From Antedon mediterranea (Eukaryota > Animalia > Echinodermata): a stretch of DNA of 64,000 nucleotides. The position numbers were made by a program, and so were the translations under genes. The stretch lies in NCBI RefSeq assembly GCF_964355755.1, contig NC_092675.1, positions 12,457,812 through 12,521,811 of the forward strand. Direction: 5' to 3'. Below are positions 12,501-24,000 of this stretch, piece after piece (positions within the stretch are counted from its first letter, which is position 1; every line of letters begins with the position of its first letter). The notes under the pieces are model-generated. The model saw only the letters and a program-made list of their open reading frames with translations, was not told the DNA's origin and searched no databases.

Positions 12501-14974
12501 TTAAATTTTCTAAACTGTTCCTGAATAATCAACTGTATTTTGACTAAAAAATTCACTGATTATTCTACTATGTATTTGCAGTTTAAATTATCTAAACTGT
12601 TACTGAATAATCAACTGTCTTTTGACTAAACAATTCAATGATTATTCTACTATGTATTTGCAGTTTAAATTCTCTAAACTGTTACTGAATAATAAACTAC
12701 ATTTCGACTAGACAATTCACTGATTATTCTACTATGTATTTGCAGTTGAAATTCCCTAAACTGTTACTGAATATTAAACGGTCTTTTGACTAAACAATTC
12801 ACTGATTATTCTACTATGTATTTGCAGTTTAAATTCTCTAAACTGTTACTGACTAATCAACTACTTTTGACTAGACAATTCACTGATTATTCTACTATGT
12901 ATTTGCAGTTTAAATTATCTAAACTGTTACTGACTAATCAACTACATTTCGACTAGACAATTCACTGATTATTCTAATATGTATTTGCAGTTTAAATTCT
13001 CTAAACTGTTACTGTATAAACAACTGTATTTTGACTAGACAATTCATTGATTATTGTACTATTTACACACAGTTTAAATTCTCTAAACTGTTACTGAATA
13101 ATCAACTGTCTTTTGACTAGACAATTCACTGCTTATTCTTGTATTTGCCGTTTAAATTATCTAAACTGTTACTGAATAATAAACTACATTTCGACTAGAC
13201 AATTCACTGATTATTCTACTATGTATTTGCAGTTGAAATTCCCTAAACTGTTACTGAATAAAAAACAGTCTTTTGACTAAACAATTCACTGATTATTCTA
13301 CTATGTATTTACAGTTTAAATTCTCTAAACTGTTACTGACTAATCAACTACATTTTGACTAGACAATTCACTGATTATTCTACTGTGTATTTGCAGTTTA
13401 AATTATCTAAACTGTTACTGAATAATAAATGGTCTTTTGACTAGACAATTCACTGATTATTCTACTATTTACACACAGTTTAAATTCAATAAACTGTTCC
13501 TGAATAATCAACTGTATTTTGACTAAACAATTCACTGATTATTCTACTATGTATTTGCAGTTGAAATTCCCTAAACTGTTACTGAATAATAAACGGTCTT
13601 TTGACTAAACAATTCACTGATTATTCTACTATGTATTTACAGTTTAAATTCTCTAAACTGATACTGACTAATCAACTACATTTTGACTAGACAATTTACT
13701 GATTATTCTACTATGTATTTGCAGTTTAAATTATCTAAACTGTTACTGAATAATAAATGGTCTTTTGACTAGACAATTCACTGATTATTCTACTATTTAC
13801 ACACAGTTTAAATTTTCTAAACTGTTCCTGAATAATCAACTGTATTTTGACTAAAAAATTCACTGATTATTCTACTATGTATTTTCAGTTTAAATTATCT
13901 AAACTGTTACTGAATAATCAACTGTCTTTTGACTAAACAAATCACTGATTATTCTACTATGTATTTGCAGTTTAAATTCTCTAAACTGTTACTGAATAAT
14001 AAACTACATTTCGACTAGACAATTCACTGATTATTCTACTATGTATTTGCAGTTGAAATTCCCTAAACTGTTACTGAATAATAAACGGTCTTTTGACTAA
14101 ACAATTCACTGATTATTCTACTATGTATTTACAGTTTAAATTCTCTAAACTGTTACTGACTAATCAACTACTTTTGACTAGACAATTCACTGATTATTCT
14201 ACTATGTATTTGCAGTTTAAATTATCTAAACTGTTACTGACTAATCAACTACATTTCGACTAGACAATTCACTGATTATTCTAATATGTATTTGCAGTTT
14301 AAATTCTCTAAACTGTTACTGTATAATCAACTGTATTTTGACTAGACAATTCACTGATTATTCTACTATGTATTAGCAGTTTAAATTCTCTAAACTGTTA
14401 CTGAATAATCAACTGTTTTTTGACTAAACAATTCACTGATTATTCTACAATTTACACACAGTTTAAATTCTCTAAACTGTTCCTGAATAATCAACTGTAT
14501 TTTGACTAAACAATTCACTGATTATTCTACTATGTATTTGCAGTTTAAATTCTCTAAACTGTTACTGTATAATCAACTGTATTTTGACTAGACAATTCAT
14601 TGATTATAGTACTATTTACACACAGTTTAAATTCTCTAAACTGTTACTGAATAATCAACTGTCTTTTGACTAGACAATTCACTGCTTATTCTATGTATTT
14701 GCAGTTTAAATTATCTAAACTGTTACTGAATAATCAACTGTCTTTTGACTAAACAATTCACTGATTATTCTACTATGTATTTGCAGTTTAAATTCTCTAA
14801 ACTGTTACTGAATAATAAACTACATTTCGACTAGACAATTCACTGATTATTCTACTATGTATTTGCAGTTGAAATTCCCTAAACTGTTACTGAATAATAA
14901 ACGGTCTTTTGACTAAACAATTCACTGATTATTCTACTTTGTATTTACAGTTTAAATTCTCTAAACTGTTACTG
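9575..14974. repeat. Satellite A, 82-bp monomer CTAAACTGTTACTGAATAATCAACTGTCTTTTGACTAAACAATTCACTGATTATTCTACTATGTATTTGCAGTTTAAATTCT, left part (~66 monomers)
   Basis: Period 82 (CTG(A/T)TACTGA at 9661 and 9743); head-to-tail; several recurrent monomer subtypes. Confidence 0.97.
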
Positions 14975-14975
14975 T

Positions 14976-17951
14976 TACCAAATATCAGACATAGTATATG
15001 TAGTTGGCGACTTTAATGGTAGAACTGGTTCGGAGGACGATTACATATCTGCTGACGAAAATGACACATGGAACAATAATCTATTTCTGGAAGACAACAT
15101 CCGGATTGAAAGTAGAACGAATTCTGATTGTATACTAAATTGCTACGGTAAAGATATATTAGAATTTTGCAAAGAAACTGGTATGCGAATCACAAATGGT
15201 AGAATTGATAAAGAATCATCCAGTGGTTTTACATTTATCAGTTCACAAGGTAAAAGTGTATGTGATTACCTTCTTACTAACTCAAACAACTTTAAACTAA
15301 TATCTTATTTAAGAATTGATGACCGTGTTGAATCGGATCATATGCCAATTGCCTTTAGTATTCAATTCAAAGACAAAGAACACACCAAAATGATTGTCAA
15401 TGAAGATGACACGTTTACCCAGAGTACGTTCAAATGGTCCAACAGTTACATTAATGCATCCAAAGTCAGATGGGAACATGATATCATTGAAACTATTGAT
15501 AATGATTTTATGAATGCTATCTCTCAAAATAAAATTGATGAGGCAGTTTCACATTTATGTAAAATTTTTGAATACGTATGTAAAGGAATTAAGTATACAC
15601 AAACAAGTAAGTCTTCAACTTCTACAAAACGAAACGAATGGTTTGATAAAGATTGTAAGAACCTTAAAATGCAGGTTAAACAATCATTAAAGAGATTTAG
15701 AATTATGCGCACTCAACCTTTTTTAAATAATTATATTCAGATAAAAAAGCAATATAAATCGCTATTAAAATGCAAAAAAAATAACTTTCATAAAAGAATA
15801 CGCAAACAAATTATCGATTCACTCAATACAAAGGATAGCAAAACGTTTTGGATGAAGTTGAAGACAAAACAGAAATTATCTTGCGAACTTTCTATTAATC
15901 AATGTTATATTCATTTTAAGAACCTATTTAAAAACGATGAGTCTATTGGTAGCGCTGAGTTGCCAAAAATCACAGAATGCCAACAGAATGAAGACGATGA
16001 TAATTTAGACCACGACATAACGGTGGATGAAATAAAAAAAGCATTTAATTCTCAAAATAGTGGAAAAGCTCCCGGCATTGATGGAATGAATTTTGAATTT
16101 TTGCTAAACGCCCCCAACATTATTTTTGATATTTTAAAAATTCTTTTTAACGCCATATTTTTAGTTGAAAAATTTCCCAAACAATGGGCAACAAGCTTAA
16201 TCGTTCCAATTTTTAAAAATGGAGATAAAAACAAACCTGAAAATTATAGAGGTATTTCTTTAATTCCAATCCTAGGAAAAATATTTTTAAATATTCTTAA
16301 TTCTAGGTTAACACAATTTACAAATAGTAAAAAGTTAATTCATGAGGAACAAGCAGGCTTTCGTAAGGGATATAGAACGACAGATAATATATTCATTTTA
16401 GATACCCTCATCTCTAAATACTTAGATAAAAAGCGGGGTAGGATTTTTGTTTGTTTTGTTGATCTTAAACGTGCCTTTGACTCTATAAATCATACACTTT
16501 TACTACATAAGTTGAAATGTATCGGTGTTTCAGGCAGAATGTTACACATAATAAATTCCTTATACCAAAACTTATCTGCTCATGTTAAAATTGGCAACAA
16601 ACTTAGTCCATCTTTTAATTGTTCGATTGGAGTACAACAAGGTTCTCCGTTGTCGTCTTTACTCTTTAATATTTACATTAATGATTTGAGTGGTATACTT
16701 AATCAGGTAAACGATTTCATTCAAATTGGAGATTGTCATATGAATCATCTTCTTTATGCAGATGACTTAGTGCTTGTTAGTGATACGGTGAAAGGTCTCC
16801 AAAAATTAATAAATAAACTTGAACTTTATTGTGATACTTGGAAACTTACTGTAAACACTACAAAATCCAAAATTATGGTTTTTAAAAATGGCCGCAATTT
16901 AAGGAACATTGAAAAATGGAAGTATAAAAATATTCAATTAAAAATTGTTAATTCGTATAATTATCTTGGTGTTATTTTTAGTTCAAATGGTGCATGGAAC
17001 AACTCAATGCAACATAATCAACAAAAAGCAAATCAAAGTTTATTCTGCTTAAAATCATTCATTTATCGTAACTTATCTTTTCTTCCAATTAATACATGGA
17101 ACCATATTTTTGATGTGAAAATACTTCCTATTTTAACGTATGGAAGCGAAATCTGGGGAATGTCAGATAGCACAAACATTATAGAAAAAACACATACTAA
17201 ATTTTGTAGATATTTATTGCAAGTTGGAAAAAATGCACCAAATGCCGCTGTTACTTCTGAGTTAGGTAGATTACCACTTTCTTTGGATTGTTTAGTTACA
17301 GTTATAAGATTTTGGTTACATATTATTACTTTAGATCATGACAGATTCATTTTTAAGTGTTATGAGTTTCAACTTAGAAAAGTTAACCGTAATGAGAATT
17401 GTTGGGCACAACAGGTCAAACACTTACTCTTTTCTACTGGTTTTGGTTATATATGGTTACAACAATATGTTAATAGTAAAGGTTTATTTTTGAGAGAATT
17501 TAAGTTGCGCTTATGTGATATTGAAAAACAAAAATGCATTCAAAAATTTAGTTTACATAATAAGTTAAGGCTCTTTTCTCTTTATAAAAAAGAAATATGT
17601 TTAAGTTATCACTTGACCAACATCATTAATTTTAAACAAAGAAGATTATTAACTAAGTTACGTTTAGGGATATTAGAGCTAGAAATTGAAAAGGGCAGAT
17701 GGGAGGGTGTAGAAAGATATAAGAGAACGTGTAAATTATGTAAAAAGAACATTGTTGAGGATGAATATCATTTTATTTTGCAATGCACATTTTACAATGA
17801 TTTAAGAAAAAGTTTTATTCCAAGATTTATTCGTGTTTTTCCTTCTATTAATAAGCTTTGTTTATTACTTTCCAACACAAATTTTACTTATAATTTAGGA
17901 AAATACGTCTACTTTGCTTTTGAAAGAAGAAACCATTATCTTAAGTTATAG
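14976..17951 (+). CDS. LINE ORF2 polyprotein, N-terminally truncated: partial AP-like endonuclease, reverse transcriptase, C-terminal Cys/His zinc knuckle (first in-frame ATG at 15183, 922 aa)
   Basis: The frame is open upstream of the listed ATG: YQISDIVYVVGDFNGRTG...NCYGKDILEFCKETG-MRITNGR. EN motifs GDFN, DY, SDH. RT motifs KAPGIDG, PIFKNGD..NYRGISL, QAGFR, FVDLKRAFDS, GVQQGSPLS.LLFNIYIND, LLYADDL, YLG. C-terminal CKLC-x8-H-x4-C. Confidence 0.93.
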   Translation, partial: YQISDIVYVVGDFNGRTGSEDDYISADENDTWNNNLFLEDNIRIESRTNSDCILNCYGKDILEFCKETGMRITNGRIDKESSSGFTFISSQGKSVCDYLLTNSNNFKLISYLRIDDRVESDHMPIAFSIQFKDKEHTKMIVNEDDTFTQSTFKWSNSYINASKVRWEHDIIETIDNDFMNAISQNKIDEAVSHLCKIFEYVCKGIKYTQTSKSSTSTKRNEWFDKDCKNLKMQVKQSLKRFRIMRTQPFLNNYIQIKKQYKSLLKCKKNNFHKRIRKQIIDSLNTKDSKTFWMKLKTKQKLSCELSINQCYIHFKNLFKNDESIGSAELPKITECQQNEDDDNLDHDITVDEIKKAFNSQNSGKAPGIDGMNFEFLLNAPNIIFDILKILFNAIFLVEKFPKQWATSLIVPIFKNGDKNKPENYRGISLIPILGKIFLNILNSRLTQFTNSKKLIHEEQAGFRKGYRTTDNIFILDTLISKYLDKKRGRIFVCFVDLKRAFDSINHTLLLHKLKCIGVSGRMLHIINSLYQNLSAHVKIGNKLSPSFNCSIGVQQGSPLSSLLFNIYINDLSGILNQVNDFIQIGDCHMNHLLYADDLVLVSDTVKGLQKLINKLELYCDTWKLTVNTTKSKIMVFKNGRNLRNIEKWKYKNIQLKIVNSYNYLGVIFSSNGAWNNSMQHNQQKANQSLFCLKSFIYRNLSFLPINTWNHIFDVKILPILTYGSEIWGMSDSTNIIEKTHTKFCRYLLQVGKNAPNAAVTSELGRLPLSLDCLVTVIRFWLHIITLDHDRFIFKCYEFQLRKVNRNENCWAQQVKHLLFSTGFGYIWLQQYVNSKGLFLREFKLRLCDIEKQKCIQKFSLHNKLRLFSLYKKEICLSYHLTNIINFKQRRLLTKLRLGILELEIEKGRWEGVERYKRTCKLCKKNIVEDEYHFILQCTFYNDLRKSFIPRFIRVFPSINKLCLLLSNTNFTYNLGKYVYFAFERRNHYLKL

Positions 17952-17969
17952 TTAATTTTTATTTGTTTG

Positions 17970-18038
17970 TATTAGGGCCAAAGGCCAATATACTTTGAAC
18001 CAATAAATTCCCTGAAAAGGGAAAGAAGAAGAAGAAGA
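17970..18038 (+). other. LINE 3' terminal module: stem-loop 1 (TATTagGGCC-AAA-GGCCAATA), AATAAA, stem-loop 2 (TTCCCT-GAAA-AGGGAA), (GAA)n tail
   Basis: Inverted repeats at 17970-17990 and 18008-18023; AATAAA at 18002-18007; GAA repeats 18025-18038. Confidence 0.7.
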
Positions 18039-21000
18039 CTAATCAACTACATTTTGACTAGACAATTCACTGATTATTCTACTATGTATTTGCAGTTTAA
18101 ATTCTCTAAACTGTTACTGAATAATCAACTGTCTTTTGACAAAACAATTCACTGATTATTCTACTATTTACACACAGTTTAAATTATCTAAACTGTTACT
18201 GAATAATCAACTGTCTTTTGACTAAACAATTCAATGATTATTCTACTATGTATTTGCAGTTTAAATTCTCTAAACTGTTACTGAATAATCAACTGTTTTT
18301 TGACTAAAAAATTCACTGATTATTCTACTATGTATTTGCAGTTTAAATTTTCTAAACTGTTACTGACTAATCAACTACATTTTGACTAGACAATTCACTG
18401 ATTATTCTACTATGTATTTGCAGTTTAAATTCTCTAAACTGTTACTTACTAATCAACTACATTTTGACTAGACAATTCACTGATTATTCTACTATGTATT
18501 TGCAGTTTAAATTATCTAAACTGTTACTGACTAATCAACTACATTTCGACTAGACAATTCACTGATTATTCTAATATGTATTTGCAGTTTAAATTCTCTA
18601 AACTGTTACTGTATAATCAACTGTATTTTGACTAGACAATTCATTGATTATTGTACTATTTACACACAGTTTAAATTCTCTAAACTGTTCCTGAATAATC
18701 AACTGTCTTTTGACTAAACAATTCACTGATTATTCTACAATTTACACACAGTTTAAATTCTCTAAACTGTTACTGACTAATCAACTACATTTTGACTAGA
18801 CAATTCACTGATTATTCTACTATGTATTAGCAGTTTAAATTCTCTAAACTGTTACTGAATAATCAACTGTCTTTTGATTAAACAATTCACTGATTATTCT
18901 ACAATTTACACACAGTTTAAATTCTCTAAACTGTTACTGACTAATCAACTACATTTTGACTAGACAATTCACTGATTATTCTACTATGTATTAGCAGTTT
19001 AAATTCTCTAAACTGTTACTGAATAATCAACTGTCTTTTGACTAAACAATTCACTGATTATTCTACAATTTACACACAGTTTAAATTCTCTAAACTGTTC
19101 CTGAATAATCAACTGTATTTTGACTAAACAATTCACTGATTATTCTACTATGTATTTGCAGTTTAAATTCTCTAAACTGTTACTGAATAATCAACTGTCT
19201 TTTGACTAAACAATTCACTGATTATTCTACTATGTATTTGAAGTTTAAATTCTCTAAACTGTTACTGAATAATCAACTGTCTTTTGACTAAACAATTCAC
19301 TGATTATTCTACTATGTATTTGCAGTTTAAATTCTCTAAACTGTTACTGACTAATCAACTACATTTCGACTAGACAATTCACTGATTATTCTACTATGTA
19401 TTTGCAGTTTAAATTCTCTAAACTTTTACTGACTAATCAACTACATTTGACTAGACAATTCACTGATTATTCTACTATGTATTTTCAGTTTAAATTATCT
19501 AAACTGTTACTGACTAATCAACTACATTTCGACTAGACAATTCACTGATTATTCTAATATGTATTTGCAGTTTAAATTCTCTAAACTGTTACTGTATAAT
19601 CAACTGTATTTTGACTAGACAATTCATTGATTATTGTACTATTTACACACAGTTTAAATTCTTTAAACTGTTACTGAATAAACAACTGTCTTTTGACTAG
19701 ACAATTCACTGCTCATTCTATTTATTTGCAGTTTAAATTATCTAAACTGTTACTGAATAATCAACTGTCTTTTGACTAAACAATTCACTGATTATTCTAC
19801 TATGTATTTGCAGTTTAAATTCTCTAAACTGTTACTGAATAATAAACTACATTTCGACTAGACAATTCATTGATTATTCTACTATGTATTTGCAGTTTAA
19901 ATTCTCTAAACTGATACTGACTAATCAACTACATTTTGACTAGACAATTCACTGATTATTCTACTATGTATTTGCAGTTTAAATTCTCTAAACTGTTACT
20001 GAATAATCAAATGTCTTTTGACTAAACAATTCACTGATTATTCTACTATTTACACACAGTTTAAATTCTCTAAACTGTTATTGACTAATCAACTACTTTT
20101 GACTAGACAATTCACCTATTATTCTACTATGTATTTGCAGTTTAAATTATCTAAACTGTTACTGACTAATCAACTACATTTCGACTAGACAATTAACTGA
20201 TTATTCTAATATGTATTTGCAGTTTAAATTCTCTAAACTGTTACTGTATAATCAACTGTATTTTGACTAGACAATTCATTGATTATTGTACTATTTACAC
20301 ACAGTTTAAATTCTCTAAACTGTTACTGAATAATCAACTGTCTTTTGACTAGACAATTCACTGCTTATTCTATGTATTTGCAAAATAAATTATCTAAACT
20401 GTTACTGAATAATCAAATTTCTTTTGACTAAACAATTCACTGATTATTCTACTATGTCTTTGCAGTTTAAATTCTCTAAACTGTTACTGAATAATAAACT
20501 ACATTTCGACTAGACAATTCACTGATTATTCTACTATGTATTTGCAATTGAAATTCCCTAAACTGTTACTGAATAATAAACGGTCTTTTGACTAAACAAT
20601 TCACTGATTATTCTACTATGTATTTACAGTTTAAATTCTCTAAACTGTTACTGACAAATCAACTACATTTTGTCTAGACAATTCACTGATTATTCTACTA
20701 TGTATTTGCAGTTTAAATTATCTAAACTGTTACTGAATAATAAATGGTCTTTTGACTAGACAATTCACTGATTATTCTACTATTTACACACAGTTTAAAT
20801 TTTCTAAACTGTTCCTGAATAATCAACTGTATTTTGACTAAAAAATTCACTGATTATTCTACTGTGTATTTGCAGTTTAAATTATCTAAACTGTTACTGA
20901 ATAATCAACTGTCTTTTGACTAAACAATTCACTGATTATTCTACTATGTATTTGCAGTTTAAATTCTCTAAACTGTTACTGAATAATAAACTATATTTCG

Positions 21001-24000
21001 ACTAGACAATTCACTGATTATTCTACTATGTATTTGCAGTTGAAATTCCCTAAACTGTTACTGAATAATAAACGGTCTTTTGACTAAACAATTCACTGAT
21101 TATTCTACTATGCATTTACAGTTTAAATTCTCTAAACTGTTACTGAATAATCAACTGTCTTTTGACTAGACAATTCACTGCTTATTCTATGTATTTGCAG
21201 TTTAAATTATCTAAACTGTTACTGAATAATCAACTGTCTTTTGACTAAACAATTCACTGATTTTTCTACTATGTATTTGCAGTTTAAATTCTCTAAACTG
21301 TTACTGAATAATAAACTACATTTCGACTAGACAATTCACTGATTATTCTACTATGTATTTGCAGTTGAAATTCCCTAAACTGTTACTGGATAATAAACGG
21401 TCTTTTGACTAAACAATTCACTGATTATTCTACTATGTATTTACAGTTTAAATTCTGTAAACTGTTACTGACTAATCAACTACATTTTGACTAGACAATT
21501 CACTGATTATTCTACTATGTATTTGCAGTTTAAATTATCTAAACTGTTACTGAATAATAAATGGCCTTTTGACTAGACAATTCACTGATTATTCTACTAT
21601 TTACACACAGTTTAAATTCTCTAAACTGTTCCTTAATAATCAACTGTATTTTGACTAAAAAATTCACTGATTATTCTACTATGTATTTGCAGTTTAAATT
21701 CTCTAAACTGTTACTGAAAAATCAACTGTCTTTTGACTAAAAAATTTACTGATTATTCTACTATGTATTTGCAGTTTAAATTTTCTAAACTGTTACTTAC
21801 TAATCAACTACATTTCGACTAGACAATTCACTGATTATTCTACTATGTATTTGCAGTTTAAATTCTCTAAACTGTTACTGACTAATAAACTACATTTTGA
21901 CTAGACAATTCACTGATTATTCTACTATGTATTTGCAGTTTAAATTCTCTAAACTGTTACTGACTAATCAACTACATTTTGACTAGACAATTGACTGATT
22001 ATTCTACTATGTATTTGCAGTTTAAATTCTCTAAACTGTTACTGAATAATCAACTGTCTTTTGACTAAACAATTCACTGATTATTCTACAATTTACACAC
22101 AGTTTAAATTCTCTAAACTGTTCCTGAATAATCAACTGTATTTTGACTAAACAATTCACTGATTATTCTACTATGTATTTGCAGTTTAAATTCTCTAAAC
22201 TGTAACTGAATAATCAACTGTCTTTTGACTAAACAATTCACTGATTATTCTACTATGTATTTGCAGTTTAAATTCTCTAAACTGTTACTGACTAATCAAC
22301 TACATTTCGACTAGACAATTCACTGATTATTCTACTATGTATTTGCAGTTTAAATTATCTAAACTGTTACTGACTAATCAACTACTTTTGACTAGACAAT
22401 TCACTGATTATTCTACTATGTATTTTCAGTTTAAATTATCTAAACTGTTACTGACTAATCAACTACATTTCGACTAGACAATTCACTGATTATTCTAATA
22501 TGTATTTGCAGTTTAAATTCTCTAAACTGTTACTGTATAATCAACTGTATTTTGACTAGACAATTCATTGATTATTGTACTATTTACACACAGTTTAAAT
22601 TATCTAAACTGTTACTGAATAATAAACGGTCTTTTGACTAGACAATTCACTGCTTATTCTATGTATTTGCAGTTTAAATTATCTAAACTGTTACTGAATA
22701 ATCAACTGTCTTTTGACTAAACAATTCACTGCTTATTCTATGTATTTGCAGTTTAAATTATCTAAACTGTTACTGAATAATCAACTGTCTTTTGACTAAA
22801 CAATTCACTGATTATTCTACTATGTATTTGCAGTTTAAATTCTCTAAACTGTTACTGAATAATAAACTACATTTCGACTAGACAATTCACTGATTATTCT
22901 ACTATGTATTTGCAGTTTAAATTCTCTAAACTGTTACTGAATAATAAACGGTCTTTTGACTAGACAATTCACTGATTATTCTACTATGTATTTGCAGTTT
23001 AAATTATCTAAACTGTTACTGACTAATCAACTACATTTTGACTAGACAATTCACTGATTATTCTACTATTTACACACAGTTTAAATTCTCTAAACTGTTC
23101 CTGAATAATCAACTGTATTTTGACTAAACAATTCACTGATTATTCTACTATGTATTTGCAGTTTAAATTCTCTAAACTGTTACTGAATAATCAACTGTCT
23201 TTTGACTAAACAATTCACTGATTATTCTACTATGTATTTGCAGTTTAAATTATCTAAACTGTTACTGACAAATCAACTACATTTCGACTAGACAATTCAC
23301 TGATTATTCTACTATGTATTTGCAGTTTAAATTCTCTAAACTGTTACTGACTAATCAACTACATTTTGACTAGACAATTCACTGATTATTCTACTATGTA
23401 TTTGCAGTTTAAATTCTCTAAACTGTTACCGACTAATCAACTACATTTTGACTAGACAATTCACTGATTATTCTATTACGTATTTGCAGTTTAAATTCTG
23501 TAAACTGTTACTGAATAATCAACTGTCTTTTGACTAAACAATTCACTGATTATTCTACTATTTACACACAGTTTAAATTCTCTAAACTGTTCCTGAATAA
23601 TCAACTGTATTTTGACTAAACAATTCACTGATTATTCTACTATGTATTTGCAGTTTAAATTCTCTAAACTGTTACTGAATAATCAACTGTCTTTTGACTA
23701 AACAATTCACTGATTATTCTACTATGTATTTGCAGTTTAAATTCTCTAAACTGTTACTGACTAATCAACTACATTTCGACTAGACAATTCACTGATTATT
23801 CTACTATGTATTTGCAGTTTAAATTATCTAAACTGTTACTGATTAATCAACTACATTTCGACTAGACAATTCACTGATTATTCTACTATGTATTTCCAGT
23901 TTAAATTATCTAAACTGTTACTGAATAATAAACGGTCTTTTGACTAGACAATTCACTGATTATTCTACTATGTATTTGCAGTTTAAATTATCTAAACTGT

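Larger units (their letters stand above)
14975..18038 (+). mobile_element. 5'-truncated non-LTR retrotransposon (APE-type LINE, RTE-X-like), ~3.06 kb, with short 3' UTR and (GAA)n tail, inserted in satellite A
   Basis: Satellite stops at CTAAACTGTTACTG (14974) and resumes at (G)ACTAATCAACTAC (18037/18038). Between them lie one long EN-RT-CCHC frame, AATAAA at 18002 and (GAA)4GA at 18025-18038. The RTE-X assignment rests on the C-terminal LEIEKGRW..CKLC..EDEYHFILQC motif plus the microsatellite tail and needs phylogenetic confirmation. Confidence 0.93.

Noticed and set aside
15309-16234. Three short minus-strand ORFs (72, 62, 60 aa)
   Set aside because: Antisense shadows of LINE ORF2.
18005-18013. 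AAATTCCCT shared between the LINE 3' UTR and a satellite A subtype just upstream (14872-14880)
   Set aside because: Only 9 bp, about 95 bp from the insertion point, and the subtype occurs many times elsewhere; not evidence of guided targeting.
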